Source: Roseibacillus sp.
GTDB taxonomy: Bacteria > Verrucomicrobiota > Verrucomicrobiia > Verrucomicrobiales > Akkermansiaceae
Direction of reading: 5' to 3'
DNA: 64,000 bases
Assembly (NCBI GenBank): GCA_029242545.1
Contig: JAQWTV010000128.1
Coordinates: 4,817-68,816 of the forward strand
In this document: positions 46,641 to 55,573 of the stretch, one piece after another
Position numbering within the stretch: position 1 is the stretch's first letter
Layout: every line of letters starts with the position of its first letter
Made by a program: the position numbers and the translations under genes
Notes under the pieces: generated by a model
What the model was told of the DNA's origin: nothing
Seen by the model: the letters and a program-made list of their open reading frames with translations, nothing else
The model's database searches: none

Positions 46641-47813
46641 ATGTCGATTATGAAGATCATCTTTCTTACAGGGGTTCTTTCCTTCGCTTTTTGGACGCAG
46701 CTCTTTGCGCAGGACCCTGAGTCGTCTCCCGAAAACCAAGCTCTTCTCGATGAGCAGGCAGCCGATATTTTTAAGGCTCTGGTTCCGGTCGTAAAGAAAG
46801 GAGCATCTGGAACAGTGGAGGTGAGAGTCTGGCGTAAGAGGGTCAGCTACGGGACGATAGTGGGACCCGATACGGTGCTGACCAAGTGGAGCGAGGTGAG
46901 TCGGGATCTGCGAAGTCTTAGTTGCCGAACCGGCGCTGGTCAGTGGTTGCCTGCTGTCGTCAGTGGGGTCTATCCCGATGCGGACCTCGCTGTCATCAAG
47001 GTCAAGGGCTTGAAGGTAGACCCGGTGGAATTTTCGAATGAGAAGGATTTACGGCCCGGCAGCTTTCTTTCTCTCGTGCGCCCTGATGGGGAGGCTGCGG
47101 GCATGGGAGTGGTAAGCGTTATGCCTCGGAGCCTTCGTAGTTCTGACCGGGCTTTTCTCGGTGTTGTCATGGATCTGGAATTCAAGGGTCCTGGAGTTCG
47201 CGTGCGACGTGTTGAACCAGGAACCGGAGCAGAGCAATCGGGCCTTAGGGCCTTCGATGTGATTCTGGAAGTGACAGAAAGAAAGGTGAATGGAAGCTTC
47301 GAGCTTAGCACCCTCTTGCAGCGCATGGAGCCGGGCCAGAAGGTGAAGATCCGCTACGCGCGTGGTGGAAATGAGAGTGAAGTCGAAGTGGAGCTGGGCG
47401 GGCGGCCCCGGGCGCCACGAATACCCTATAGCCGGATGGAGCAGATGAACAATATGGGAGGGCATAGATACAGCGAAGTGCGGGATGGATTCTCAAGTGT
47501 GGTTCAGTCGGACATGCAGATCGAACCGGAAGATTGTGGTGCTCCGGTTGTCGATCTGGAGGGTAGGATTGTGGGTGTCGCCATCGCGCGGGCTGGAAGA
47601 ATTAAGACTTTCATCATTCCATCCTCGGCAATTGAGCAGATTCTTGCTTTGGAGCCAGCAGCCCCCGATGCCCAGCTTGGGAATGCGGGTAGAATCCCTC
47701 TTCCCGAGGCTCGGAAGCCGGTGGACGACCCGTTTGAGGTGATGCGTCGCCGGTTAGAGGAGATGAGGCGGCTGATGGAGGAGATTGAGGAAGGCGATCA
47801 GCAACGGCCTTGA
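46641..47813 (+). CDS. S1C-like/PDZ paralog with a non-canonical catalytic site (probable pseudoprotease)
   Basis: Same fold pattern as its neighbour (DLAVIKV, PDZ-like GLRAFDVILEV). LTKWSEV replaces the His context and EDCGAPVVD replaces GDSGGP. It starts 18 nt after the upstream protease gene ends. Confidence 0.7.
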   Translation: MSIMKIIFLTGVLSFAFWTQLFAQDPESSPENQALLDEQAADIFKALVPVVKKGASGTVEVRVWRKRVSYGTIVGPDTVLTKWSEVSRDLRSLSCRTGAGQWLPAVVSGVYPDADLAVIKVKGLKVDPVEFSNEKDLRPGSFLSLVRPDGEAAGMGVVSVMPRSLRSSDRAFLGVVMDLEFKGPGVRVRRVEPGTGAEQSGLRAFDVILEVTERKVNGSFELSTLLQRMEPGQKVKIRYARGGNESEVEVELGGRPRAPRIPYSRMEQMNNMGGHRYSEVRDGFSSVVQSDMQIEPEDCGAPVVDLEGRIVGVAIARAGRIKTFIIPSSAIEQILALEPAAPDAQLGNAGRIPLPEARKPVDDPFEVMRRRLEEMRRLMEEIEEGDQQRP

Positions 47814-48062
47814 GGTGAGATAGTCACCCAATTGTAGTGGATCCTCCCACGGAGTCCGCAGTTGAGTCAACCGGCAGGTCTCTGAGGGGTAGGAGCATGA
47901 AGTGCTCTGAAATAGCGATTCGTCTTATTCAGGCTGTTGCTAGAACAGGTGGAGCTGTGGGGCCTGGTCCGTCTGCCAATGAAGTTTCCTAGATGGAGAT
48001 TGGCTCAAGGCAGAAAATAAAGGGTAGGGATTGCTCCCGTCTGCTCGATCTCTCTGTGAGAG

Positions 48063-48698
48063 CTACTCGGTAATCTTGGGGGATGGTTCCTCGCTCTGGA
48101 GTTGGGTGATCATGGCACGTAGTTGATCACGCTCTGCAAGGAGCTTCTCCATTTGGCCTTGCGTAGGTGCCCCGGTCGACTGTTGTTGCAAAGCTCCCAG
48201 GCGGGACTCGGCAGCATTTGCCCTTGAGAGGGCCTCCTCGAGCTTCCTGTGCAGATCATCGTTATCGATAGTTGCATTCGTTGCGCTCGCCAGTTGACTG
48301 CTGAGAGAGCGAACAGTTGTCTGCGACATTTGAAGCTCCCGACGCAGCGTTTCCACAGATGCTTGGAGTTGGCTCACGATCGTTGCGAGTTGTGAGGATT
48401 CTGTAGAAAGACGGGTAGCCATCTGAGCTGGCGATTCCTGAATGGGAGCTGTAGTCCCATCAACAAAACCCATGCTTTGCCGTTTCGCATTGAGTTGCTC
48501 ACGAAGCTTTTCAAGCTCTGATTCCCCCCCGCTAAAATCAGGATTAGTTATCTGGAGGGCCAACAGCGAAAGGACGATGACGACTACCCCAAGAACAAGG
48601 CCTACAACTAGATTCTGATTTGTCTTGGAGTTTGTTCCGGAGTCGGGATCAGGTTGTGTTGGCGGGGCAGGGGAAGTGCCGGAAGGTTGGTCTTTCAT
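48063..48698 (-). CDS. Hypothetical single-pass membrane protein with an extracytoplasmic coiled coil
   Basis: A Pro/Thr-rich N-terminus is followed by a TM helix (LVVGLVLGVVVIVLSLLAL), then heptad-like Q/L/E-rich sequence. No recognisable family. Confidence 0.5.
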   Translation of the reverse strand: MKDQPSGTSPAPPTQPDPDSGTNSKTNQNLVVGLVLGVVVIVLSLLALQITNPDFSGGESELEKLREQLNAKRQSMGFVDGTTAPIQESPAQMATRLSTESSQLATIVSQLQASVETLRRELQMSQTTVRSLSSQLASATNATIDNDDLHRKLEEALSRANAAESRLGALQQQSTGAPTQGQMEKLLAERDQLRAMITQLQSEEPSPKITE

Positions 48699-48809
48699 GT
48701 CACGAGGGGCGCGGTGTTGTTCTCATCTGGAACGCTCCCGGGAGTTTTTCAAGTGTCCTACCCCCAAATAATGATAAGAGCAAGGATGCCTTGCGGTGAG
48801 GTCTAGACA

Positions 48810-49499
48810 CTAGAGGATCTTGAGAAGCTCACAGGGTTGATCTATGAGAAAAGCGGGCTTCTCATTGGATAATGATCCTCGAGAATTTAAACCCCAAGTG
48901 ACCCCGACCGCTTTTACCTTCGCCTTACGGGCAGCTCGTAGATCTCGAATTTCGTCGCCAACGTAGGTAATTTCCCCAGGCGAAAGAGAGAAAGTACGGG
49001 CGATGGAGCGGAGGTGCCTAGCCTTGCCGCTCAGCTTGCCAATGCTGCGGATAAAAGTGAACTGATCCCGGATCCCGTGAACCTCAAGGAAGCTCTCGAT
49101 ATTCTCTGGAATATTGGAGCTGAGAATTCCCATCTTCTCAGAGCGCTCCCGTAAGGAGGGCAGAACATCCCGGATGCCCTCAACAAGAGGTAAGTGCTCG
49201 ATACGGCTCCGAAGGCGCCGCATTGCGGTCGCGAGGTGAAACGGGAGCCTGCGTTTTGGGACGCCGAGGTGCTTCAGAAGACCTTTAGTATCTAACTCCC
49301 GTAATTCATCCAAATGTTCTGGGTTTATGAGATTATAGCCATTCTGCTCTGCCAGTTCATTATAGATACTCAAACCTTCACCGAGTGTGTCGGCGATGGT
49401 TCCGTCGAAATCAAATACGAGGCAGCGTCTCAATGTAAGTCTCTCTTCAAAAAGTTCAGTCCTGCTAGCACAGAGAAAAGTTGGGGTCAATATCCTCAC
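48810..49499 (-). CDS. HAD-superfamily hydrolase (phosphoglycolate phosphatase-like)
   Basis: Motif I is LVFDFDGTIADT and motif IV is YVGDEIRD. The ATG at 49499 overlaps the tsaD end by 35 nt. An in-frame TTG at 49433 (xRRCLVFDFDGT) is an alternative start. Confidence 0.8.
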   Translation of the reverse strand: MRILTPTFLCASRTELFEERLTLRRCLVFDFDGTIADTLGEGLSIYNELAEQNGYNLINPEHLDELRELDTKGLLKHLGVPKRRLPFHLATAMRRLRSRIEHLPLVEGIRDVLPSLRERSEKMGILSSNIPENIESFLEVHGIRDQFTFIRSIGKLSGKARHLRSIARTFSLSPGEITYVGDEIRDLRAARKAKVKAVGVTWGLNSRGSLSNEKPAFLIDQPCELLKIL

Positions 49500-50490
49500 T
49501 CATGGATCCAGTTGCTCCGTTCCGGATCTTTAAAAGTGCGGCGAAAGCAATCATCGCCGCGTTGTCGGTAGACAAACCGGGAGGGCAGGCTAGAAAATGC
49601 AGGCCCTCGGCCATACACTTATCGTTGAGGGCAGAGCGAATGGCTTTATTGCAACTCACTCCTCCAGACAGGGTGATGATATTGCAACCGCATTCATGAG
49701 CAGCCCGCAGAGATTTCGACACGAGGACATCAGTAACAGCCCTCTGGAAAGAGGCGCAAATATCAGGCGCTCTTGTGGTAAGATCGTCGATCTTTGGGAG
49801 TGTATAGCGAACTGCGGTCTTAAGGCCGGAAAAAGAAAAGTTGAGTTCTCCGGGCATCGATCGTGGAAACTGGAAGGCCTCCGGATTTCCCTTTCTTGCC
49901 TGTTTTTCTATCTCGGGACCCCCGGGGTAGGGGAGTCCCAGCATGCGCGCTACCTTATCAAAGGCCTCCCCTGCTGCGTCGTCCACTGTGCGGCCAACCA
50001 TGTGGTAATCACCAGCCTGTCTGGCATGGATCAGCATGGTATGTCCTCCGGATACGATCAACGCCAGATGAGCAGGAATCATTAGACCGGGGCTCTTCCA
50101 AGACGTTCTACTGTTGGAAAGAAAGGGGGAGAGCAGGTGCCCTTCCATGTGGTTCACCGAGAGAAAATTCCCGCCAGACGCTGCGGCAAGGGCTTTGGCC
50201 ATGGTATGCCCAACTAGGAGGGAAGACGATAATCCGGGACCCCTTGTGGCGACAAAAGCATCGATGTTGTTGGATTGGAGGCCTGCCTCGTCAAGCGCTT
50301 GTTCTACGAGGCTGCGCAGAATAAGAGAATGGTTACGAGACGCTACCTCCGGGACAACTCCACCATAAGAACGGTGCAGTTCTATCTGAGAGGAAACCAA
50401 GGAGCAGAGGATTTCTGCGGGTGCCGTGGCGGTCTGTCGCAGAATTGCCACAGCGCTCTCGTCGCATGACGTCTCGATTGCGAGGATCAT
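49465..50490 (-). CDS. tsaD: tRNA N6-adenosine threonylcarbamoyltransferase
   Basis: MILAIETSCDESAVAI, NHMEGHLLSP and GGVSCN. The track ORF starts at 50586 and overlaps the upstream peptidase gene. ATG 50490 gives the canonical N-terminus, and ATG 50538 is an alternative. Confidence 0.9.
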   Translation of the reverse strand: MILAIETSCDESAVAILRQTATAPAEILCSLVSSQIELHRSYGGVVPEVASRNHSLILRSLVEQALDEAGLQSNNIDAFVATRGPGLSSSLLVGHTMAKALAAASGGNFLSVNHMEGHLLSPFLSNSRTSWKSPGLMIPAHLALIVSGGHTMLIHARQAGDYHMVGRTVDDAAGEAFDKVARMLGLPYPGGPEIEKQARKGNPEAFQFPRSMPGELNFSFSGLKTAVRYTLPKIDDLTTRAPDICASFQRAVTDVLVSKSLRAAHECGCNIITLSGGVSCNKAIRSALNDKCMAEGLHFLACPPGLSTDNAAMIAFAALLKIRNGATGSMSEDIDPNFSLC

Positions 50491-50539
50491 CAGAGTTTCT
50501 GGTTCCTCTTTTGGGGCTGGCTGCTCGGCACCGGGCATC

Positions 50540-51808
50540 TTAGTTCGGGACGTATTTTTCTGAGATCGCCTTGAGAGCTCCAGCAATTACGGGGTCCTCC
50601 CATGATTCAAGTAGTTGTCGCTCATCTGGACTCAGCGAGTCACTGCGTCGTTGCCTCGCTAGATTCTTATGGTCTTCATGGGAGGTGTCCACCTCGATGT
50701 CAGGGAGGATTCCTACCCCCTGGGGGCTCCTGCCCGAAGGCGTGTGGTAGGTTGCAATAGTGAGCCTCAGGGCCGTATCGTTCATCGGCATGATACGCTG
50801 AACAGACCCTTTGCCGTAACTGGTCTCTCCAATGATGATCGCGCGCTCTAAATCCTGCAGGGCTCCAGCGACGAGTTCTGACGCACTGGCTGAGTTTCGA
50901 TCAAGAAGGACAGCAACAGGGTAGCTGCGGTTTCTCCGCTTTCTTGCAGGGGTCTTCATGGGAGGGCTGTTGTGTTCGGGATTACGCCCCCTCGTAAAGA
51001 CCACCTCTGTTGATGGAGGGAGAAATTCTCCAAGGATGGAAACCGCTGCGGTCAGGAGGCCTCCGGGGTTGCCCCGCAGGTCAAGGAGGAGCGCTTCCAT
51101 ACCGCGGTCCTCAAGGTCGTCGAGGGCTGCTTCAACATCGCGATGAGAGGTCGCCGTAAATTCCGAGAGGTGGAGATACCCGGTCTTCTGATCGCTAGCG
51201 AGGCGGTCTTCTAGCAGTCGTGCTGCCGGGACAGGCGATTCTCTGACAACCCTACGAAGGATAGGAACTTCGTGAGTCTTAGGGCTGCTCGTGCGGGAGA
51301 GGGTAAGAACAACGCGCTCACCCGCAGGCCCTTGCAGTTTTTTCAGGATGGCAGTCAGGGTCAGCTTGGTGGCCGGATGATCATTGATTGCGAGAATGTA
51401 ATCGCCGGGGAGAATGTCAGCTTCATCTGCGGCGGATCCGGAGTGCACGGCCGTCACCTTGATCCGATCCTCGCTCTTGCCCAGAGTGATGCCCAGTCCT
51501 GGCAGGGAAGGCTCTCGTTTCTTGTCGCTGATAAAAGAGTAGGTTTCAGGGTGATAGAAACCTGAGAATTTGTCTAGTGAGTTTAGCATGCCCTCAAGGG
51601 CATGGTTTATAAGGCGGTCGTAGCTTAGTTTTTCGCCGTCAGGATGATTCAAGCGGACCTGTTCGAGGACATTGATGAGGCGCTCGACGTGCTCGTAGCC
51701 CATGCCTTCATCTGGGAGTGGTTGGAGAGCAGGGCTGATTCTTTGCTGAGAGTAACACAGCTGCGGAAACAGAACGGCAGCAGCAGCGATGATCATACGG
51801 AAAGACAT
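50540..51808 (-). CDS. S41-family C-terminal processing peptidase with a PDZ domain
   Basis: LDLRGNPGGLL, NSASASELVAGALQD, GETSYGKGSVQ and the PDZ motif GDYILAINDHP. Signal peptide present. Confidence 0.9.
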   Translation of the reverse strand: MSFRMIIAAAAVLFPQLCYSQQRISPALQPLPDEGMGYEHVERLINVLEQVRLNHPDGEKLSYDRLINHALEGMLNSLDKFSGFYHPETYSFISDKKREPSLPGLGITLGKSEDRIKVTAVHSGSAADEADILPGDYILAINDHPATKLTLTAILKKLQGPAGERVVLTLSRTSSPKTHEVPILRRVVRESPVPAARLLEDRLASDQKTGYLHLSEFTATSHRDVEAALDDLEDRGMEALLLDLRGNPGGLLTAAVSILGEFLPPSTEVVFTRGRNPEHNSPPMKTPARKRRNRSYPVAVLLDRNSASASELVAGALQDLERAIIIGETSYGKGSVQRIMPMNDTALRLTIATYHTPSGRSPQGVGILPDIEVDTSHEDHKNLARQRRSDSLSPDERQLLESWEDPVIAGALKAISEKYVPN

Positions 51809-51864
51809 GGTCTCATCTTAAAGGACCAGTCCGGAAAGTGAAGAGTCTTCCGAGGGGGTGGAGA

Positions 51865-53139
51865 CTAGGCCGCATCCGCGCGTTTCTTGCGGATCGCGGG
51901 TGACTTTGTTCCTTCCACCACTCCGCGGCTGATGGAAACGGACTCAATGTCCTTCCGCGAAGGGATATCGTACATGATATCGAGGGTGATAGCTTCGAAG
52001 ATGGAGCGGAGAGCTCGCGCACCAGTTCCTCTTCTTACTGCTTCCTCCGCCATTGCTCGCAAGGCGTCCCGTGAAACCTTGAGCTTCACATCATTGAGAG
52101 CGAGTTGCTTCTGGTATTGTTTGACCAAGGCGTTCCGCGGCTCCGTAAGGATCCGGATGAGTTCATCCTCGTCGAGCCGTAGAAGGGACGAGTGAACAGG
52201 TAGGCGCCCAATGAATTCTGGGATGAGGCCAAAGTGTAGCAGGTCTTCGGGCTGGACCTTGTTCATCAGGTCCTCATCAGATCGTTCAGCGAGGGCTGTT
52301 TTCTCCGCAGCTGCAAATCCGAGAGCATTTCGGCCCAGGCGCCTCCGCACGATATCTTCCATTCCTACAAATGCCCCGCCACAGACAAAGAGAATGCGTT
52401 CCGTGTTGACCTGAATGTATTCCTGTTGGGGATGCTTACGGCCACCTTGAGGAGGAACATTGCAAATGGTGCCTTCGAGGATCTTCAGGAGAGCCTGCTG
52501 AACGCCCTCTCCTGAAACGTCCCGGGTAATGCTGACGTTTTCCGTCTTCCTTCCGATTTTATCAATCTCGTCGACGTAGATAATGCCCTGTTCTGCTTTT
52601 TCCACGTCGAAGTCTGCAGCTTGGAGAAGGCGCAAGATGATGTTTTCGACATCCTCCCCAACGTATCCCGCTTCGGTCAGAGTCGTGGCATCGACGATGC
52701 AGAAGGGCACGTCCAGAACTCGTGCCAGCGTTCGTGCCAGCAAGGTCTTGCCGGACCCTGTCGGGCCGAGAAGGAGGATGTTGGATTTTTCGATTTCAAC
52801 ATCTGCGAGTTCTGGTGGAGTGTGCGAAGAATCCTGGTGTAATCGCTGGTAGTGATTGTAGACCGCAACGGCTAGCACCTTCTTGGCCTGTTCCTGCCCG
52901 ATAACGTATTCATCAAGCTTCTGGCAAATCTCGCTTGGGGTTGGGGCAGGAACCGCTTCCTCGAAATCGGGACCGGACTCAACCTGCTTTTCCTCCGAGA
53001 ATTCCTTATCGAGAATGGTGGAGCAAACCTCGATGCATTCGTTGCAGATGTATACTCCGGGGCCAGCAATCAGCTTTTTGACCTCTGAGTGGCTCTTGCC
53101 ACAGAAGGAACACATCGTGAGGTTGGATGCCCGCGCCAT
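51865..53139 (-). CDS. clpX: ATP-dependent Clp protease ATP-binding subunit ClpX
   Basis: The zinc finger is [30 protein letters not shown], Walker A is GPTGSGKT, and IYVDEIDKI is present. Confidence 0.96.
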   Translation of the reverse strand: MARASNLTMCSFCGKSHSEVKKLIAGPGVYICNECIEVCSTILDKEFSEEKQVESGPDFEEAVPAPTPSEICQKLDEYVIGQEQAKKVLAVAVYNHYQRLHQDSSHTPPELADVEIEKSNILLLGPTGSGKTLLARTLARVLDVPFCIVDATTLTEAGYVGEDVENIILRLLQAADFDVEKAEQGIIYVDEIDKIGRKTENVSITRDVSGEGVQQALLKILEGTICNVPPQGGRKHPQQEYIQVNTERILFVCGGAFVGMEDIVRRRLGRNALGFAAAEKTALAERSDEDLMNKVQPEDLLHFGLIPEFIGRLPVHSSLLRLDEDELIRILTEPRNALVKQYQKQLALNDVKLKVSRDALRAMAEEAVRRGTGARALRSIFEAITLDIMYDIPSRKDIESVSISRGVVEGTKSPAIRKKRADAA

Positions 53140-53241
53140 AGTGAGTATTTATATTGGAGGAATGGCTAGGTTCTTTCGAGCCACCCCATGCCGTAGAATA
53201 GCAGAGGACCTCGGTCTCTGCCGTCTCTTTTTTCAGGAATG

Positions 53242-53898
53242 TCAGGATTCGTCCGCCTCTCCAAGGTCCTTCCTGTTCTCCAGGACTCGGTCAACAAGCC
53301 CGTAGTCAGCAGCCTCTTGCCCGGACATGTAGTTATCCCGATCAGCATCACGGTCAACGGTATCGAGATCTTTTCCGGTGTGCTTGGACAGAATTCCATT
53401 CAGGCGCTTTTTCAGTTCAAACATGAATTCAACCGTCCGTTCGACATCGGAAGCAGTTCCCTGGGCTCCGCCCGAGACCTGATGAATCATTACGTGAGAG
53501 TTGGGTAGACAGAAGCGCTTGCCCTCAGTGCCCGCGGTGAGCAGGACAGCCCCCATGGACGCGGCAATCCCGATGCAATAGGTGTTCACGTCGCAGGTGA
53601 CAAACTGCATGGTATCGTAAATTGCGAGTCCTGCTGTCACGCTTCCTCCGGGGGAGTTGATGTAAATATGGATATCCTTCTTTGGGTCGGCCATCTGCAG
53701 GAACAGCATCTGGGCGATCACCGAATTGGCTACGAAGTCATCGATTGGGGTTCCAATAAAGATAATCCGGTCTTTCAGGAGCCGGGAGTAAATATCAAAG
53801 GCGCGTTCTCCGCGGCCATCCTGCTCGATAACGGTCGGGACAAGGTAGGAATTTCGTGGCGATGGAGGGCTCACGGATGTTGGATCGAAGTTACTCAT
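53242..53898 (-). CDS. clpP: ATP-dependent Clp protease proteolytic subunit
   Basis: [39 protein letters not shown] and MIHQVSGG. The ATG at 53898 overlaps the tig stop (ATGAGTAA), suggesting translational coupling. The track start 53943 lies inside tig. Confidence 0.95.
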   Translation of the reverse strand: MSNFDPTSVSPPSPRNSYLVPTVIEQDGRGERAFDIYSRLLKDRIIFIGTPIDDFVANSVIAQMLFLQMADPKKDIHIYINSPGGSVTAGLAIYDTMQFVTCDVNTYCIGIAASMGAVLLTAGTEGKRFCLPNSHVMIHQVSGGAQGTASDVERTVEFMFELKKRLNGILSKHTGKDLDTVDRDADRDNYMSGQEAADYGLVDRVLENRKDLGEADES

Positions 53899-55324
53899 CG
53901 TTGTTTTCGGATTCTTCTGTTGCGTCACTGGTTGGAGTGTCATCCCCGGACTCTACGGCCGGATCTCCGGAATCGGCTTGGCTGGTCTCTTCTGCAGCGT
54001 CGTTCTCCAGTTGCTCGCTGGTCTCACTGACCTTCGCGTGCTCCAACAGGAAGTCAATGGTCTTACTCAGGATCATCGAGTGCTGAATCCCTCTCAGCTG
54101 TCCATTCTTCTGGAGTTCTGAGGCAAAAGATTTGATCGGTTTCTTCGCCTGGTTCGCCATTGCGGCTACCCTGTTGGCCAGCTCTTCCTGGGTAATTTGA
54201 ATGTTCTCTTCCTCGGCAATTCTCTGGAGGAGGAAATCTGTCTTCAGATTGGTCTGAGCCCTCTGCGAGGCGGCAGCGAAGATCTCGTCCTGACGCCCTT
54301 CAATTTCGTCCTCAGACATTCCGGAGCCGAGACCGCGTTCTACCATTTCGTCAGCTTGGCCCTGTGTTTCTGCGGAGACTAACTCCGGAGGAAGTTCGAA
54401 TTGAACCATCGAAGTCAGTTTCTCGAGAAGTTGGCTGACTTTGAACTCCTCTATCTGCTGGTTGAGTTGGTGTTCGAGATTGCCCCTGATCATCTCACGG
54501 AGGCCGTTGATATCAGATCCAGGCAGGATTTCTGCAGCAAGCTCGTCGGTAAGCTCGGGGAGCTTCTGAATCTTGATGCCTTTGACGGTGACATGGAAAT
54601 CGAGCTCCACCTGACGCAACTCTTCAACAGGAAATTCCTCTGGAACGACACATGAAAAATTTCGTTCCTCGGCAAGAGCCGCTCCCTCGAGAGCCTGAGA
54701 GAACCCAGGAAGAATCGAGTCGTCTTCCATTTTGAGCCAGTAGTCCTCTCCGGTCCCAAGGTAGCCCACCGATTGCCCCACCGCTTCTTCGGTTGGTTTT
54801 CCGTCCAGTTCGGACCGATAGTCAATGATGGCAAAATCTCCGGCCTGCAAGGGACGGTCCGTCACGTCAGTATAGTCGGCGTATCGGGATTTTACGTTTT
54901 GAATTTCATTCTCAATATCTTCCTCCCCGATTGCGCGGTCAGGAATTTCGAGTTGAATTGTCTTATAATCAGGGAGCTCAAATTCAGGAGCAACGGTCAG
55001 CATCGAGGAAAAGGTGAGGGCCCCGTCAGGGTGGTATACGGTGTCTTCCGGCGTCTTGGCGTCAATGACCCGCAAATTTTCCTTCTCGGCGGTATCACTC
55101 AGCGCCTCCTGCATCATCCGCTGCTCTAGTTCGCTGGTAATCTGCTCGCCGTAGCGCTTCTCAATCACCGTGCGTGGAACCTTTCCCGGGCGGAATCCGC
55201 GGATTCGAGCCTGGTTGCCGAACGACCGGATGATTTTGAGGCGCTCCTCCTTGAGGTGGGCAGGGGGGATTTCGACCGTGAGCCGGGCCGCACAGTCAGA
55301 CTGTCTTTCGACGGTAATTTTCAT
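53891..55324 (-). CDS. tig: Trigger factor with an acidic C-terminal tail
   Basis: [20 protein letters not shown]...[17 protein letters not shown], in the classic tig-clpP-clpX order. Confidence 0.92.
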   Translation of the reverse strand: MKITVERQSDCAARLTVEIPPAHLKEERLKIIRSFGNQARIRGFRPGKVPRTVIEKRYGEQITSELEQRMMQEALSDTAEKENLRVIDAKTPEDTVYHPDGALTFSSMLTVAPEFELPDYKTIQLEIPDRAIGEEDIENEIQNVKSRYADYTDVTDRPLQAGDFAIIDYRSELDGKPTEEAVGQSVGYLGTGEDYWLKMEDDSILPGFSQALEGAALAEERNFSCVVPEEFPVEELRQVELDFHVTVKGIKIQKLPELTDELAAEILPGSDINGLREMIRGNLEHQLNQQIEEFKVSQLLEKLTSMVQFELPPELVSAETQGQADEMVERGLGSGMSEDEIEGRQDEIFAAASQRAQTNLKTDFLLQRIAEEENIQITQEELANRVAAMANQAKKPIKSFASELQKNGQLRGIQHSMILSKTIDFLLEHAKVSETSEQLENDAAEETSQADSGDPAVESGDDTPTSDATEESENNDE

Positions 55325-55331
55325 GATTTCT

Positions 55332-55429
55332 GCCGGATTCCGTCCGGTTGCGGGGGCGGAACGCTAGAGCGCGAATGGAGGGTGGTCAAGGACACTGCCC
55401 GCGATCAGGCCAGCCGGATTCCGGCCGGT
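55332..55429. repeat. Two copies of a 17-nt GC-rich motif GCCGGATTCCG(T/G)CCGGT, 81 bp apart, upstream of tig
   Basis: The copies at 55332..55348 and 55413..55429 match at 16 of 17 positions. Each contains a CCGGA...CCGG inverted element. Confidence 0.4.
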
Positions 55430-55573
55430 ATCCGGGGTCGGGATGCGGTGATTGCCATGAGAAGAGGAGGTCGAAATTAACGCAAAAATGGTAATATTAT
55501 TTTATGTTCATTGACCTTGGCTGGGAGACAGGTAAATGGTCTGGACCGCTGGCGAGGGAAAGGTCCTCCCAGC

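Noticed and set aside
47897-47992. 31-codon ORF (MKCSEIAIRLIQAVARTGGAVGPGPSANEVS) in the 249-bp convergent intergenic region
   Set aside because: The AGGAG lies only 1 nt from the ATG, there is no recognisable feature, and the ORF is too short to support from sequence alone.
47814-48062. Short hairpins (GGTGA-GATAG-TCACC at ~47817, CTCTC-TGT-GAGAG at ~48047) as candidate terminators of the convergent genes
   Set aside because: The stems are only 5 bp and have no U-tract, which is not convincing for intrinsic terminators. No clear intrinsic terminator was found elsewhere in the window either.
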